From: an uncultured virus (IMG/VR IMGVR_UViG_3300027847_001767)
Lineage: Duplodnaviria; Heunggongvirae; Uroviricota; Caudoviricetes
Direction: 5' to 3' (one strand)
DNA length: 20,000 nt
IMG/VR virus record: IMGVR_UViG_3300027847_001767
Positions 1 through 11,421 of the stretch are shown here, in pieces. The notes under the pieces are model-generated. The model saw only the letters and a list, made by a program, of their open reading frames with translations, was not told the DNA's origin and did no database searches. Every line of letters begins with the position of its first letter. Position 1 is the stretch's first letter. The translations under genes and the position numbers were made by a program.

Positions 1-1
1 A

Positions 2-931
2 GCTGGCGCTTTCGCACTTTCTTTACTAAATAGAATGTTATTGGATGCGAATATGGATGATGAAGATTACGATAGGTATATACATAATTCTTTTGCTGCC
101 ACAAACAATACATTAATTTTTAATCCTTTTGATCCTGCAAATCCTTGGACTTTACCGAAGCCTTGGTCTTTACTTCGGGTTGCTCAAAATTCTGCTGAGA
201 GTATATACGATGTAGCAAAAGGAAACAAACATCCACTTGAAGCAGCTATGGATATTGCAGGGGCATTAGTTACCGTATTTGATCCAATAGGGGGAACAGC
301 AAGTTTTACTGCATTTGTTCCAACCGTATTTAAGCCTTTTGCCGAGGCGTATATAAATATGGCATGGAACACCGGAGAGATAAGCTATGTGTTTAATGAT
401 CCTGCCGTACCAAATGTTATGGAGTATGCGAGTGCAACGAGCGATGATGCTGTTTGGTTTGCGGCACAGATATATAGACTGACAGGAAAGGCAATAGATG
501 TATCTCCAGATTATTATGAGTATATAGCTCATCAATATTATGCTGGAGGCCCTGAAATATATTTACATGACTTCCCGAAAGCTCTTAAAAACATAAAAGA
601 TGCAATAGTAGCTCAAGATTTTAACGCAATAGACACTCATGAACTTCCTGTATTCAGGCGTTTTTATAAAAGAATAAGCCAAAGAGAGCGGTATATCGTG
701 TACGATCTTTGGAAGTATGCGAACTATACTACGTTAAGATCAGATCTTGTAACAGATGAAGAAAGGAAATATATGGTAAGAGAACTTGCTACGGCTAAAA
801 AAAATCTAACTCCAAGATCCTTTAAAAGACTAACTGGTATTTTATTTGATAGGTATTTTTCTGAGCAAAAGAATACTTACAAAGATGTAAAGCTGTTTAA
901 TGAATACAAGAGATTCAAACAGGGTAGATAG
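2..931 (+). CDS. C-terminal part of a large phage protein with an LPD38-like domain (large polyvalent/virion-ejected protein); 5'-truncated by the window edge
   Basis: The frame is open from position 2 (AGAFALSLLNRM...). Motifs LPKPW, DPIGG..PTVFKPFAEAYIN..W.TGEI, DVSPDYYEY..QY..GG and LPVFRRF resemble LPD38 from memory; no HMM was run. Confidence 0.6.
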   Translation, partial: AGAFALSLLNRMLLDANMDDEDYDRYIHNSFAATNNTLIFNPFDPANPWTLPKPWSLLRVAQNSAESIYDVAKGNKHPLEAAMDIAGALVTVFDPIGGTASFTAFVPTVFKPFAEAYINMAWNTGEISYVFNDPAVPNVMEYASATSDDAVWFAAQIYRLTGKAIDVSPDYYEYIAHQYYAGGPEIYLHDFPKALKNIKDAIVAQDFNAIDTHELPVFRRFYKRISQRERYIVYDLWKYANYTTLRSDLVTDEERKYMVRELATAKKNLTPRSFKRLTGILFDRYFSEQKNTYKDVKLFNEYKRFKQGR

Positions 932-939
932 AGTTTTTT

Positions 940-947
940 TATATTTG
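940..947 (+). promoter_or_regulatory. Candidate Bacteroidota sigma-A -7 promoter element (TAnnTTTG)
   Basis: TATATTTG at 940-947 is intergenic, 21 nt upstream of ATG 969. No clear -33 TTTG. Confidence 0.5.
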
Positions 948-968
948 AGTTCATTAATATTTAAAATC

Positions 969-1412
969 ATGGGAATTTCTAAAAAGAATTTAATCCGATC
1001 ACTCTCTTTCTTGGCTGCAGTTGGAATAACTTTTATTGCAATTAATGTTTTCGGCCAAGAGGTTGAAATACCAACCGACCCCTCATCTCCAGTAGCAACC
1101 CCTGAATGGTTTGGTGGTGCAGTTGAGGCAATCTTTGGTGCTATTGTTCTTATTGCTGGGTATGTAAAGCATCTAATCCCAGGTATTAAGAAGATTAATC
1201 AAAACGTATATAAGGTACTAGCAATCGCTGTAGTGGTTGGCATCGCCTTTTTGTCTCTTGGATGGGCAAATGTTATCCAGCTATTATTTGGGTATACTTC
1301 TGTAACGTCTTTATATGAATTGGCTTTGAAGGCATTCATAAAGAAAAAGCCAGTAGATATAACGGAAAAGCCAGTAGATATAACGAAAAAGCCAGTAGAA
1401 AATGCTGCGTAG
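969..1412 (+). CDS. Holin-like membrane protein (signal/TM segment, 2-3 further TM helices, basic C-tail), 147 aa
   Basis: ATG 969 follows an A-rich leader and avoids overlapping the upstream gene. Hydrophobic segments: LSFLAAVGITFIAINVFG-Q, AIFGAIVLIAGYV, VLAIAVVVGIAFLSLGW, VIQLLFGY. The tail has KKK. Holin function is inference. Confidence 0.5.
   Translation: MGISKKNLIRSLSFLAAVGITFIAINVFGQEVEIPTDPSSPVATPEWFGGAVEAIFGAIVLIAGYVKHLIPGIKKINQNVYKVLAIAVVVGIAFLSLGWANVIQLLFGYTSVTSLYELALKAFIKKKPVDITEKPVDITKKPVENAA
1345..1399 (+). repeat. 21-bp in-frame tandem repeat, about 2.6 copies (KPVDITE/KPVDITK/KPVE)
   Basis: AAAAGCCAGTAGATATAACG(G/A) at 1345 and 1366, partial copy at 1387. Confidence 0.95.
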
Positions 1413-4400
1413 TCTTATTTACATAATTTTTTTTTCTCTTCATTTAACCTAGCAAGTCAGAATGACTTCTATCTAGATAGTAATTCGGAGAGGGTCTACT
1501 TGACTGTAGGCCCTTTATTTTCTTCGGCTACTATTGGAAAATTAAAATGTGAATTCTCTGAATATTTCTTATTTTCCTTCAAGAATGGCTTTATATACGA
1601 TACTCTCTTTGAGTCAAGCATTGACAATGGATTGTACGTCAAAGTCAAAATATCCCCCAAAAATGGGCTGGACTTTATAAAAAAATATGAGTCCAGCCTT
1701 ATTTATGCCCAACCCGACTTTATATGTCCTGTTTTCCACAACGATCTTTTGTGGCCCAAACAATTCCAACTAAATAATACAGGCCAATATATCGATGGTC
1801 AAAAAATAACTGCTGGCTTAGATGTAAATGTCCAATCTGTATGGAATACCTATACCGGAACTGGTATCAAGGTTTCTGTGATAGATGACGGTATTGAAGA
1901 CCATGAAGACCTACCCACTATCTTCAATAGTTATGCACCCGCAGACGGTGGAACTGGAGAACCTCAAGATGTAGGTAAGCGTGGTAGACATGGCATGGCC
2001 GTAGCTGGTATCATTTCAGCATTACACAATGATTTAGGAATTAGGGGCGTAGCTCCTTCTGCTATGTTGATTGGTGTAAACATCTTTAAGAGAGGGACAA
2101 GTATCTCTGACTATGCAGATGCTTTTATGTGGTCTATGAACCAAGGAGCAGATGTAATTAACTGTAGTTGGGGCTTCAAATACGAAGCGGTTGATATAAT
2201 AAGTGAGAATCCACGTCAATTTAACTTAATAGCTGGTGCTCAATGTGATGATGTATTCCCTGCTTTAACTTCAACAATCAATCATGTAGCTACTGCTGGT
2301 AGGAATGGCAGAGGTTGTGTATTGGTTTTTTCTGCTGGCAATTGGGCGCAAACAGGTCCATTGGGTCAAAATTCTATTGAGTGTGTGACTTATCCTGCAA
2401 ATCTAGCAAGTGTTATATCTGTAGGCGCCATAACACCTCAAGGGCAAAGAAGTATATATTCTAACTACGGACCTAAGTTAGATGTAGTAGCACCTTCTAA
2501 CGATTTGAATTTCTCGGGATCGAAAAGTTTCTTTGGTGTAAGGACTATTGATAGGGAGGGAACTGCGGGTTATGCGTCAGGAAACTATACCGCTAGATTC
2601 GGTGGAACGTCTGCTTCTGCTCCTGTTGTGTCTGGGGCTGCTGCCTTGATCTTAAATGCTGACCCTGGATTAAGTGCTTCCCAAGTCAAAGATTTGCTCT
2701 TAGGAACGACTACAGACGTTTTAACTGCTGGATTTGATATAGAGTCAGGGTATGGCTTGATTGATATTCAAGCAGCTATAGATGCTATAGGCACTACTGT
2801 AACAAGGTCTGCCCCTTGTGATCTTTTGGGTGGTGATGCCGATAATGACGGAATATGTTTGAATAGTGATTGTAACGACAACGATGCATCGTATCCCAGA
2901 ATACCAGGAACGCCTTGTGATGATGGAGATCCTTCAACAAGTAATGACGAAATAAGTATTGATGGTTGTTCTTGTGCTGGTGTAGCTATCCCTTGTTATC
3001 CATTTGCAGATGTGGATGGAGATGGTAGGTGTTCCAATAACGATTGTAACGACAATGACGCTGCTTTACCTGCTGCTCCTGGTACTTTATGTAATGATGG
3101 AGATTTAAGCACCCTTAGCGATACAATTACTACAGATAGTTGTACATGTGTTGGTATACCTATACCAGATGATTGTGCAACTTGTTGCGCTACTAATAAT
3201 TGTAATTGTACTTTTTATGTTCAAGATGTATCTACTTGTTTAGATACAGCAAGATTAACAGTGATAGGTGGTTGTTTTTCACCAACTACCTTGTCTTATA
3301 GATGGTCAACTGGAGATACTACAGAATCAACAGTTAGTGTTCCTGGACTGTATATTGTAACAATAACAGACTTGGCGGATTCGTGTGTAAGTGTGGCTAC
3401 GGGGCAAATACTTGGTGCTGATCAGCCAGAGGTATCTATAATTTATTCCAATATAACTTGTGCTGATGCTTCTTTGAATCTAACTTCTAGGTATGGGACG
3501 CCACCATATACCTATCAATGGAGTGGTGGGCAAAATTGGGATAATGATTGTAATCTTGACCTACAATGTAATTATTTGGTATATACTGAAGGTATATACG
3601 CTGTCACTGTAACTGACGCGAGTGGGTGCACTGACTCAACCTCTATAGATATTGATTTTATTGATTCTATTTTAACCGTCACTCTGACCGCTGTAAACGA
3701 CGAGGAGTGTACGGTTTTTGATGAAAGTTCGATTAGTGCTAGTGCTACGGGCGAAGCTCCTTTCTCTTATTTATGGACCAATTCAGCAACCAGCCAAATG
3801 ATAGGCTTCTTAGCTCCTGGGAATTATGGGGTGACTGTAACGGATGCAAATGGGTGTATTGGAACAGATACAATAAGTGTAGCTTTAAATGAAGGATCTT
3901 GTGATGCTCCTTGTGATTTTGGAATTATAGGAGATGTTGATGATTGCGATGGTGATATTACTATTACCGAAATCACACCATCTGGGGGTGTAACTTATAT
4001 ATGGAATGATTTGGTTACAACCCAAAACAGAACAGGCCTGGCACCTGGTCAATATAGTGTACAGGCTACAGACTCGTTGGGATGTAATGCTATGTTGGTT
4101 TTGGAGGTAGAAGATTGTTGTCCTGTTGAAATTTGTTGTAATTATATAGATGACGATGGAGATGGGTTGGTAGATTGCTATGATTTGGATTGTGCGTGTT
4201 CTGAGGCTACTGCTGCTGTTTCTGTAGAAAATAGTTCTAATGTTCCTACTTCTGGCAATGCGATAGGAGCTGTAGATGGCTTAACCGCAATATTCTCAGG
4301 ATCGGGATTTGCTGTTTATAAGTTTACGGCTAGTGTTAGTGGGGTAGCCAGATTATTTATAACCGATGAGGTTGGAACAGGACCTTACTCTATGCAAGTA

Positions 4401-7400
4401 AGCCAATCAAATGATAACATATCTTATTCAAATAATACTTTTTATACCGATGCAGATGTAAAGCCTTGGGCGTTTCCTATAGTTAGTAACATGGACTATA
4501 TAAGAGTTCATAACTTATCTGGAGTTGGACAAGGGTTCGAATTAGATGCAATCTTAGTGGGTGTATGTGGTGATGATTTCCCTTGTATGGGAATTGAAAA
4601 TACATGCCCATTACCAAATACGGTTGCGTGTGGAACTTTAATCGAAGATATTTTAGGGACAGATGGAAGTGTTTGTTATGTGTGTGAAGGAGTAGGAACT
4701 ATGTGTGTTTTAGGCGAAGAATGTATTGGTGGAACGTGTAGTGTTAATAATCCTTGTGCTCCTTTAAATGTTGGAGATGCTTGTAATGATGGCAACCCTT
4801 GTACCGAAAACACTACTATCAACTCTTTTTGCTTATGTACTGGAGGAAACGAAATAGCAAATGATTGTCAAGATCCTACTACTGTAGATTGTGGGGTAGC
4901 TTTAACTTCTATCTCTGGATGCTTTACTTGTGTTGGAGTAGGAACGAAGTGTGTTTCTGGAACTTGCACGAGTGAATGCTGTACAAACTTAACGGATGCA
5001 GGAGAGATAGCTGGAGAAGAAAGCAGTTGTTCGTTGTTTGATCCTTCCGAGATTACTGATTCTGTTGCTCCAAGCGGAGGATTAGGTGGAACAATAGAAT
5101 ATCAATGGCTTGAAGATGGACTTGTGGTTTCTGGAGCTACAACAAGTTCTTATAACCCACCCGTTATTTTTAGTACAAAATGGTATATAAGACAATCTAG
5201 AAGGGATTGCCAGATGGCATGGATTTCTACAGATACTATTTTTAAGTACGTAAATACTCCACCTACTACTATAATAACCGGAGATCAGTTTACATGCGCT
5301 TATGATTCAACCCAAATAACCGCTTCTGGTGGTGTTTCTTATGTTTGGAGTGATGGAGAGACAACTGCTTCTGCTTACTTGCTTCCTGGGTCTTATACAG
5401 TCACAACAACAGATGTAAATGGATGTACGGATGTAGAGTCTGTAAGTATTAGTGATTTGGGAGAACCTACAGCAAATATTACCGCAAGTGGTACTTCTAT
5501 ATGTGATGAACAAACTGTGAACCTGTCTTCTGATTTCGCTACTTCATATAATTGGTCAACTGGATCTACTGCTTCTAATATCGATGTGGGGCCTGGAACC
5601 TATACTTTGACTGTTACGGATGAAAATGGCTGTACCTCTACGGATTCTCAAGTAGTGAGTTCGTTGGGATCTTGTTGTCCTTTGGTTCTTAATCAAATAA
5701 ATGGTGGTTTTAGCATTATATCATGCAGTCCATACCAAGCAAGCATTCCTTTGTCATGGAATGCTACGACCCCTAATTATTATGTGTACTATAGAAAAAA
5801 CGGAGGAGCATTGATATTGAGCGGTGGCGCTCAGTCTGCTACATCAAAGAATGTGTCTGTAACTAGCCCTGGATCATTCTCAAGCGATTATTATGATTTT
5901 TATATAGTGGATAATGTAACTTCTGGTGGTGGGTGTAGCTCTAATATTGTTAGAGTTTGGGTTACGTGTAATTCTTGTACACCAATAACGTTGTCAGTAA
6001 ATCCATCTTTAGTTAATGGGTGTTCTATTCCAATAACAACTGTTACATTTAGCTGGACCGCAACCACACCTACATATCATCTCTGGTTTGGGGTTGGAAA
6101 TCCAGCTAGCAACTTCCAAGATTTCACAACTACAACAAACAACTCAATAGATAGAGGGTATGCATTGCCTGGTGATGCTCAATTTTATATAATTGATGGA
6201 GATGGGTGCCAATCGAATACTGTAACAATTGATGGATACTGTGAACAAGCAGAGAATTGCAATTTAGTGGGCGATGAAGATGGAGATGGCTTTGCTGATT
6301 GTTTAGATTCTGATTGTGTTCCAAATGCTAATGCAGGGCCAAACGTTAGTATATGTTCTGGTGATCAGACAACATTAACAGCAACGGGTGGTGCTTCATA
6401 TACATGGAATCAAGGGTTGGGATCGGGTGCCTCTAAGATTGTTAGCCCTACTGTAACAACAATTTATACTGTAACAGTTACAGCAAATAATGGATTTGCT
6501 TGTACTGCTACAGATCAAGTGACCGTAACGGTAACATCATGTGGGTGTGATCCTGCGGTTGGAACGCCTTGTTCGGATGGTAATGCGTGTACTATAAATG
6601 ATGTGATACAATTAAATTGTATTTGTGCTGGAACAACTATTACAAATGATTGCCCAGCAGCAAATACAGTGGCGTGTGGGGACGCTCTGGTTTCTCCTTC
6701 TGGATGCTTTACTTGTGCCGGAACAGGAACAATGTGTAGCTCAGGCGAAACATGTAGTGGTGGGGTGTGTACTGTTGATCCAAGTTGTCCGGCTTTATTA
6801 GATCCAGGTGGTGTAATTATAGTAAATTCTACATGTCCGTTTGGTGGAAGCCCAAGTGGAGGTTCCATTTCTCCCCCTAGTGGTGGTTGTAATGCTGGCT
6901 CTACACTTCAATACCATGCTGGCGGTGGTTGGTCTTCTACTTTACCTATATATGATCAAGATGGTCCGGCTCAATTAATACAGACTAGATGTAGATGTGA
7001 TTTGAATGGCACTACAGGAACAGTAAGTAATAAATCAACTACTCCAGCTACTTGCTCTGGATGTCCTGACTTATCTGCGGTTGCTCCTCCTATAGTTGTA
7101 GTAAATAGTTCTTGTCCTGGCGGTTCTCCTACTGGCGGTTCATGGGCAATGCCTGTTGCTTCTTGTCCTTCTGGTAGCACACTCCAAAGAAAAAGATCTA
7201 CAAGTGGAACATGGTCTTCGTCTACTTCGCCTATATCTTATCTTTTAAATTCTTCTCAGACATGGCAGACTAGGTGTGTATGTAGTTCTAATCCTTCATT
7301 TACAAGTCCTATTTCGAGCACAACAAGTGTTCCTGCAGTAACACCAAATGCGACTATAAGCCCATATGCAGGGCAAACAACGACTTGTGATGATCTTGTG

Positions 7401-7883
7401 CAATTGATAAGTAGTGCAAATAATGTAACTATAGATGATTATCTATGGTCTACAAGCGCAACGAGTCAAGCTATTAATGTATTGGCAGGATCGTATACAG
7501 TAACAATTACAAGTACTTTAGGGTGTGAAGGAATTGATAATCAAGTTATAAGTGAGGTGTGCGAATTAGGTATTACATCTGTAGTTAGGGGTGGGCAACC
7601 CGATATATGGGGAGCAGGGAATGATAATCTTTACTTTTTTGTAAGACATACTGCAGGATGTATTTCTAGTGGGCCAGGCTTATTGACAGAATACCGAATA
7701 AATAACGGCAATTGGATGTTTAGCTCAAATATTGGTGAAGGAGTTTTAATTTCTCCAGGTTCTTTAGGACATTATGTAAATTTAATTTCAAGTCCAGGCG
7801 ATGATATAGATGTAAGATGGACCCTTAGTCATTCTGATGGGTGCTCAGTTCAATATACCTATAATGATATAATTGCACAATGA
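1402..7883 (+). CDS. Giant exported S8 (subtilisin/kexin-like) serine protease with Cys-rich, SprB-like and Ig/PKD-like repeats; signal peptide separated from the body by a frameshift at T9 (1427-1435)
   Basis: Intact triad: VSVIDDG (Asp 1884), RHGMAVAG (His 1989), FSAGN oxyanion, GGTSASAP (Ser 2610). Repeats include GTPCDDG..., Y.W..G...GxYxVTVTDxxGC and DDDGDGLVDC. The main ORF has no ATG near its start; ATG 1402 plus a -1 shift gives MLRSLIYIIFFFSSFNLASQ. Confidence 0.85.
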
Positions 7884-10800
7884 GAATATTAATCTTTTGT
7901 TTGTTATCGATTCCATTGTTATCACAAGAGTTAACGGTTGATTGTGTATTCGAATCTCCAGACTCGATTACAACTGTGGTAAGTGGAGGGATAGCACCTT
8001 ATTCTTATATGTGGTCAGATTCAGACACAACAGAACATAGAGGCAATTTGAGTGCCGGTACATATATCGTAACTGTAGTAGATGCTACCAATTGTTATAA
8101 TGTGTGTGGGGTAGATATACCTGGTGCTCCTTGTAATATTATAATCGAAGAGACTATAGCAAAAGATACGTGTGGTAACAGTTTAGGATCAATAGACCTA
8201 AATGTAAGCGGTGGTTCAGCTTCTTATTCTTTCTTTTGGAATACAGGCGATACAATAGAAGATATTTTTAATATCCCTGCTGGATCATATACGGTACAGG
8301 TTATCGATAGTATGTATAATGCTTGTGATACCACGAAAACAATTGTAGTTCCAGATACCAGTATTACTATTTTAATCCCTTTTGTAGTCACCGAATCAGA
8401 TTGTGACAACGGAGATATAGATATTAGCCCTACTCCAGTGAGAGATGATTACAGCTTTGTATGGTCTAATGGCTTCTTAGGAGAGGATCTTATTGATGTA
8501 GGCGAAGGGTTTTATGAGGTAGATGTTTCGTATGGGACCTGTTTAGCTGATACTATTATAGAGATGACTGCAGATACAGTATTTGATGTCAGTTGTATAA
8601 TAGTTACCCCAAATACTATTTCTGTTACCCCTATAGATGGAACAGAACCAGTTACTTACTTATGGTCGGATGCAAATACAGAACAAACCAGAGACAGTTT
8701 AGTACCAGGATTATACCAAGTAACAGCTACAGATGCCGATGGATGTGTAGCAGAATGCGAGATACTATTACTAGGTTCTGATACTTGTTTTAATAGACAA
8801 CCCGTAATCAACCTTACTTTCGACCAGAACTGTTTAAATGATACGATAACGATTACAGCAAGCCCAGATACAGGTGCTTATGTTCCTGCTTGGAGCTCAA
8901 CTTCTACAATCCAGGGAGATACAAATTTGTGGTCGATTAAAATACTAAGTACTGCAGAAGAACAAATAGAGGCTACCCTCACTCTATCAGACGATACATG
9001 TTCATTCTTTTATAACATTGTTTTTGGTTCTATAAATTGTTGCGCTTGTGTACTTACGGATATAGATACAACCTTATGCTATGGTGACTCTATTGCTATG
9101 GCATTAGATACTACAAGCTGTTTAGGTCCATTAACCTATGCATGGTCTAATGGTGACACGGTTGAAAATCCTATGGTTTATATGGGTGGAAATTATGAAT
9201 TGACTTTAACAGATGCCGATGGTTGTTCTACGGTAGGGTATTATAAGGTTCAAACCCTAATAGCTCCTATTGTAAACATCGAAGGCGCTTTAAGCCTCTG
9301 TAACGGACAAACAAGTATGCTAACAGCTATTGGTGAGGTAGATTCGGTGTTATGGTCTACAGGCGACACGGTGGCCTCTATAACAATAGATACGGCAGGA
9401 ACTTATACTGTGACTAGCTATGGTGCTGGTTGTAATTCAATTGCTTCAGTAGACGTTACATTTTTTAGTGACAATTCTATTGATTTGGGAGTAGATACAA
9501 CTAATTGCGACCAAGTATTACTAGATCCAGGTTATTCGGGAACTTACTTATGGTCTACAGGTGCTATAAATAATAAAATTATAGTCAATCAAACAGGGCT
9601 TTATAAGGTTACAATAACAGATATAAATGGTTGTGAGGCGGTTGATAGTATCAATGTGACTATTAATATGCATCCTTACTTTGGGATAGTAAGTTCTAGT
9701 TCTTGTGATTCTACAGTTTTAAGTACAGGGCAAGTTGGAGATCATGCATGGTCTACGGGTGATTCTACAAGCACCACTACTGTATTGTCTTCAGGTTTTT
9801 ATGATGTGACAGTAACGGATGCGAATGCATGTACGAGGGTTCAAACAATAGATGTAACAATTTATGATACCGATATTTTAAGCCTACCAGACACTATACT
9901 TGCTTGTTCTGGGGAAGAGGTTACAATAAATACAGGTCTTTCTAGTGAGTTTGAGTTTTATTGGTTTAGGCATCCTCTAGGATTCTTTGGTCCTAATCTT
10001 GGTAGTGATTCATTCTTTGTAACAAGTGGGTTGAATGACGAAACGATAAGGGCGGGGGTTATAGATACAAATGGGTGCATAAAAATACATGATGTAGTTA
10101 TCGATCGATCTATTCCAGATGTTCAGTTGTTTGCTTTTGAAGACTTTAATGGTGATGGTAGAAGGAATTCTGCTACTCAGAGCTATTGCTTAGACACAAC
10201 TTATACAGATGTAGGGTTAGAAGGGGTTTTATTTGAAGTATATAATGTAGATGGAAGTTTGAGATCGTATGGGAATACAGATTCTAATGGATTTTATACT
10301 CCTTCACTTGAAGAAGGTTTTTATACCATGAGGGTTTATTCCGGAATATATGAGATCTCTCCTCAAAACAAAGGGGTAGATACAATAGATAGTGATTTTC
10401 CTATAACAGAAACATATAGTGAGATACCATTTGTTTTGGTTGGTTGTGATGCTGCAATAAGGTATGACGTAGGATTATATGAAAAAGCTACAATAAGTGA
10501 TTATGTATGGTTGGATGTAGATGAAGACGGTATTCAGGATATAGGAGAGAGTGGAGAGGGGCTTGTAGAAATAGAACTTATAGGTGAAGCTCAGACAAAT
10601 TCTGATGTATTTGGAGCATATGCTTTTGTTGTAGACCCTGGGCAGTATGAAATAAGAATAGATTTAAGTGGATACTTGGCCTCTCCGATGGATCAAGGCG
10701 CAGATGATGAATTAGACTCAGATATTATGAATGGTGGAGAAACAGAGCAGTTCTGGGCTTTGAGTGGAGAAAGCCTTACTTGTTGGGACTTTGGGCTTAT

Positions 10801-11395
10801 AGAAGATTGTGGGTGTGTTATAGATACTTTCTATCAATCAGCGCCTTGTGAGTTTGCGTGGGAGGTGACAGGGAATAATTGTAGGGCAGAAATTAGAAAC
10901 TCTTTCAATGAAGTGGTTAGTGTAGCTGATAAAAATGGATTGTATACTATTTATGTTTATAATGGGTCTAAGTTGTGTGAATCAGATACAGCAACAATAA
11001 GCGGATGTATAACTTATGATATATGCTGGGAGAAAGTTATAATTGGCGATCTAGATTCTGGAGAAACATTTACAATTCGGTGGAATTTGATAAATGATAA
11101 GCCTTATGATGCTACAGGTGTTGGGTTTGGTTTTGATTACAATGGTTCTCAAACATATATAAGCAGTAGTCCTACAGCATCAAACCATAGAACTAATTTT
11201 GGTAGGTGGGGCGGTATTGGTGGCGGTTTTATTGGTTGGGAGAATCAAACAATACCTGCAAATAATACGTTAACTTTGGAGGCAGATTTATCGCAAGACG
11301 ATAACGATAATAGTTTGATTCGTGGGTTTTATCTATCTTCGGACAAACCAATTGTTGTTGAATCGGGCGGCAGTTGCCAAAGTTCAGGTTTTTGA
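7880..11395 (+). CDS. Large exported adhesin-like protein: SprB/PKD-like repeats, two SdrD B-like domains, C-terminal DUF11-like domain
   Basis: Signal peptide MRILIFCLLSIPLLS-Q and ATGA overlap with the upstream gene. Repeated YxWSxG...GxYxVTxTDxxGC. ISDYVWLDVDEDGIQDIGE and DQGADDELDSD are SdrD-B-like; GETFTIRWNLIN...DATGV is DUF11-like. Confidence 0.8.
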   Translation: MRILIFCLLSIPLLSQELTVDCVFESPDSITTVVSGGIAPYSYMWSDSDTTEHRGNLSAGTYIVTVVDATNCYNVCGVDIPGAPCNIIIEETIAKDTCGNSLGSIDLNVSGGSASYSFFWNTGDTIEDIFNIPAGSYTVQVIDSMYNACDTTKTIVVPDTSITILIPFVVTESDCDNGDIDISPTPVRDDYSFVWSNGFLGEDLIDVGEGFYEVDVSYGTCLADTIIEMTADTVFDVSCIIVTPNTISVTPIDGTEPVTYLWSDANTEQTRDSLVPGLYQVTATDADGCVAECEILLLGSDTCFNRQPVINLTFDQNCLNDTITITASPDTGAYVPAWSSTSTIQGDTNLWSIKILSTAEEQIEATLTLSDDTCSFFYNIVFGSINCCACVLTDIDTTLCYGDSIAMALDTTSCLGPLTYAWSNGDTVENPMVYMGGNYELTLTDADGCSTVGYYKVQTLIAPIVNIEGALSLCNGQTSMLTAIGEVDSVLWSTGDTVASITIDTAGTYTVTSYGAGCNSIASVDVTFFSDNSIDLGVDTTNCDQVLLDPGYSGTYLWSTGAINNKIIVNQTGLYKVTITDINGCEAVDSINVTINMHPYFGIVSSSSCDSTVLSTGQVGDHAWSTGDSTSTTTVLSSGFYDVTVTDANACTRVQTIDVTIYDTDILSLPDTILACSGEEVTINTGLSSEFEFYWFRHPLGFFGPNLGSDSFFVTSGLNDETIRAGVIDTNGCIKIHDVVIDRSIPDVQLFAFEDFNGDGRRNSATQSYCLDTTYTDVGLEGVLFEVYNVDGSLRSYGNTDSNGFYTPSLEEGFYTMRVYSGIYEISPQNKGVDTIDSDFPITETYSEIPFVLVGCDAAIRYDVGLYEKATISDYVWLDVDEDGIQDIGESGEGLVEIELIGEAQTNSDVFGAYAFVVDPGQYEIRIDLSGYLASPMDQGADDELDSDIMNGGETEQFWALSGESLTCWDFGLIEDCGCVIDTFYQSAPCEFAWEVTGNNCRAEIRNSFNEVVSVADKNGLYTIYVYNGSKLCESDTATISGCITYDICWEKVIIGDLDSGETFTIRWNLINDKPYDATGVGFGFDYNGSQTYISSSPTASNHRTNFGRWGGIGGGFIGWENQTIPANNTLTLEADLSQDDNDNSLIRGFYLSSDKPIVVESGGSCQSSGF

Positions 11396-11421
11396 ATAAT
11401 TTTTTTAATTAAATTCATGTC

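Noticed and set aside
900..968. ORF-track start of the membrane protein at 900
   Set aside because: It overlaps the upstream gene and spans the candidate promoter; ATG 969 gives a proper signal/TM N-terminus.
1500..1502. TTG start of the 2127-aa ORF
   Set aside because: Coding-like sequence and half a signal peptide continue upstream; ATG 1402 plus a frameshift explains it better.
1402..11395. Diversity-generating retroelement target in the giant proteins
   Set aside because: No reverse transcriptase and no TR/VR pair with adenine-specific mismatches seen in this window.
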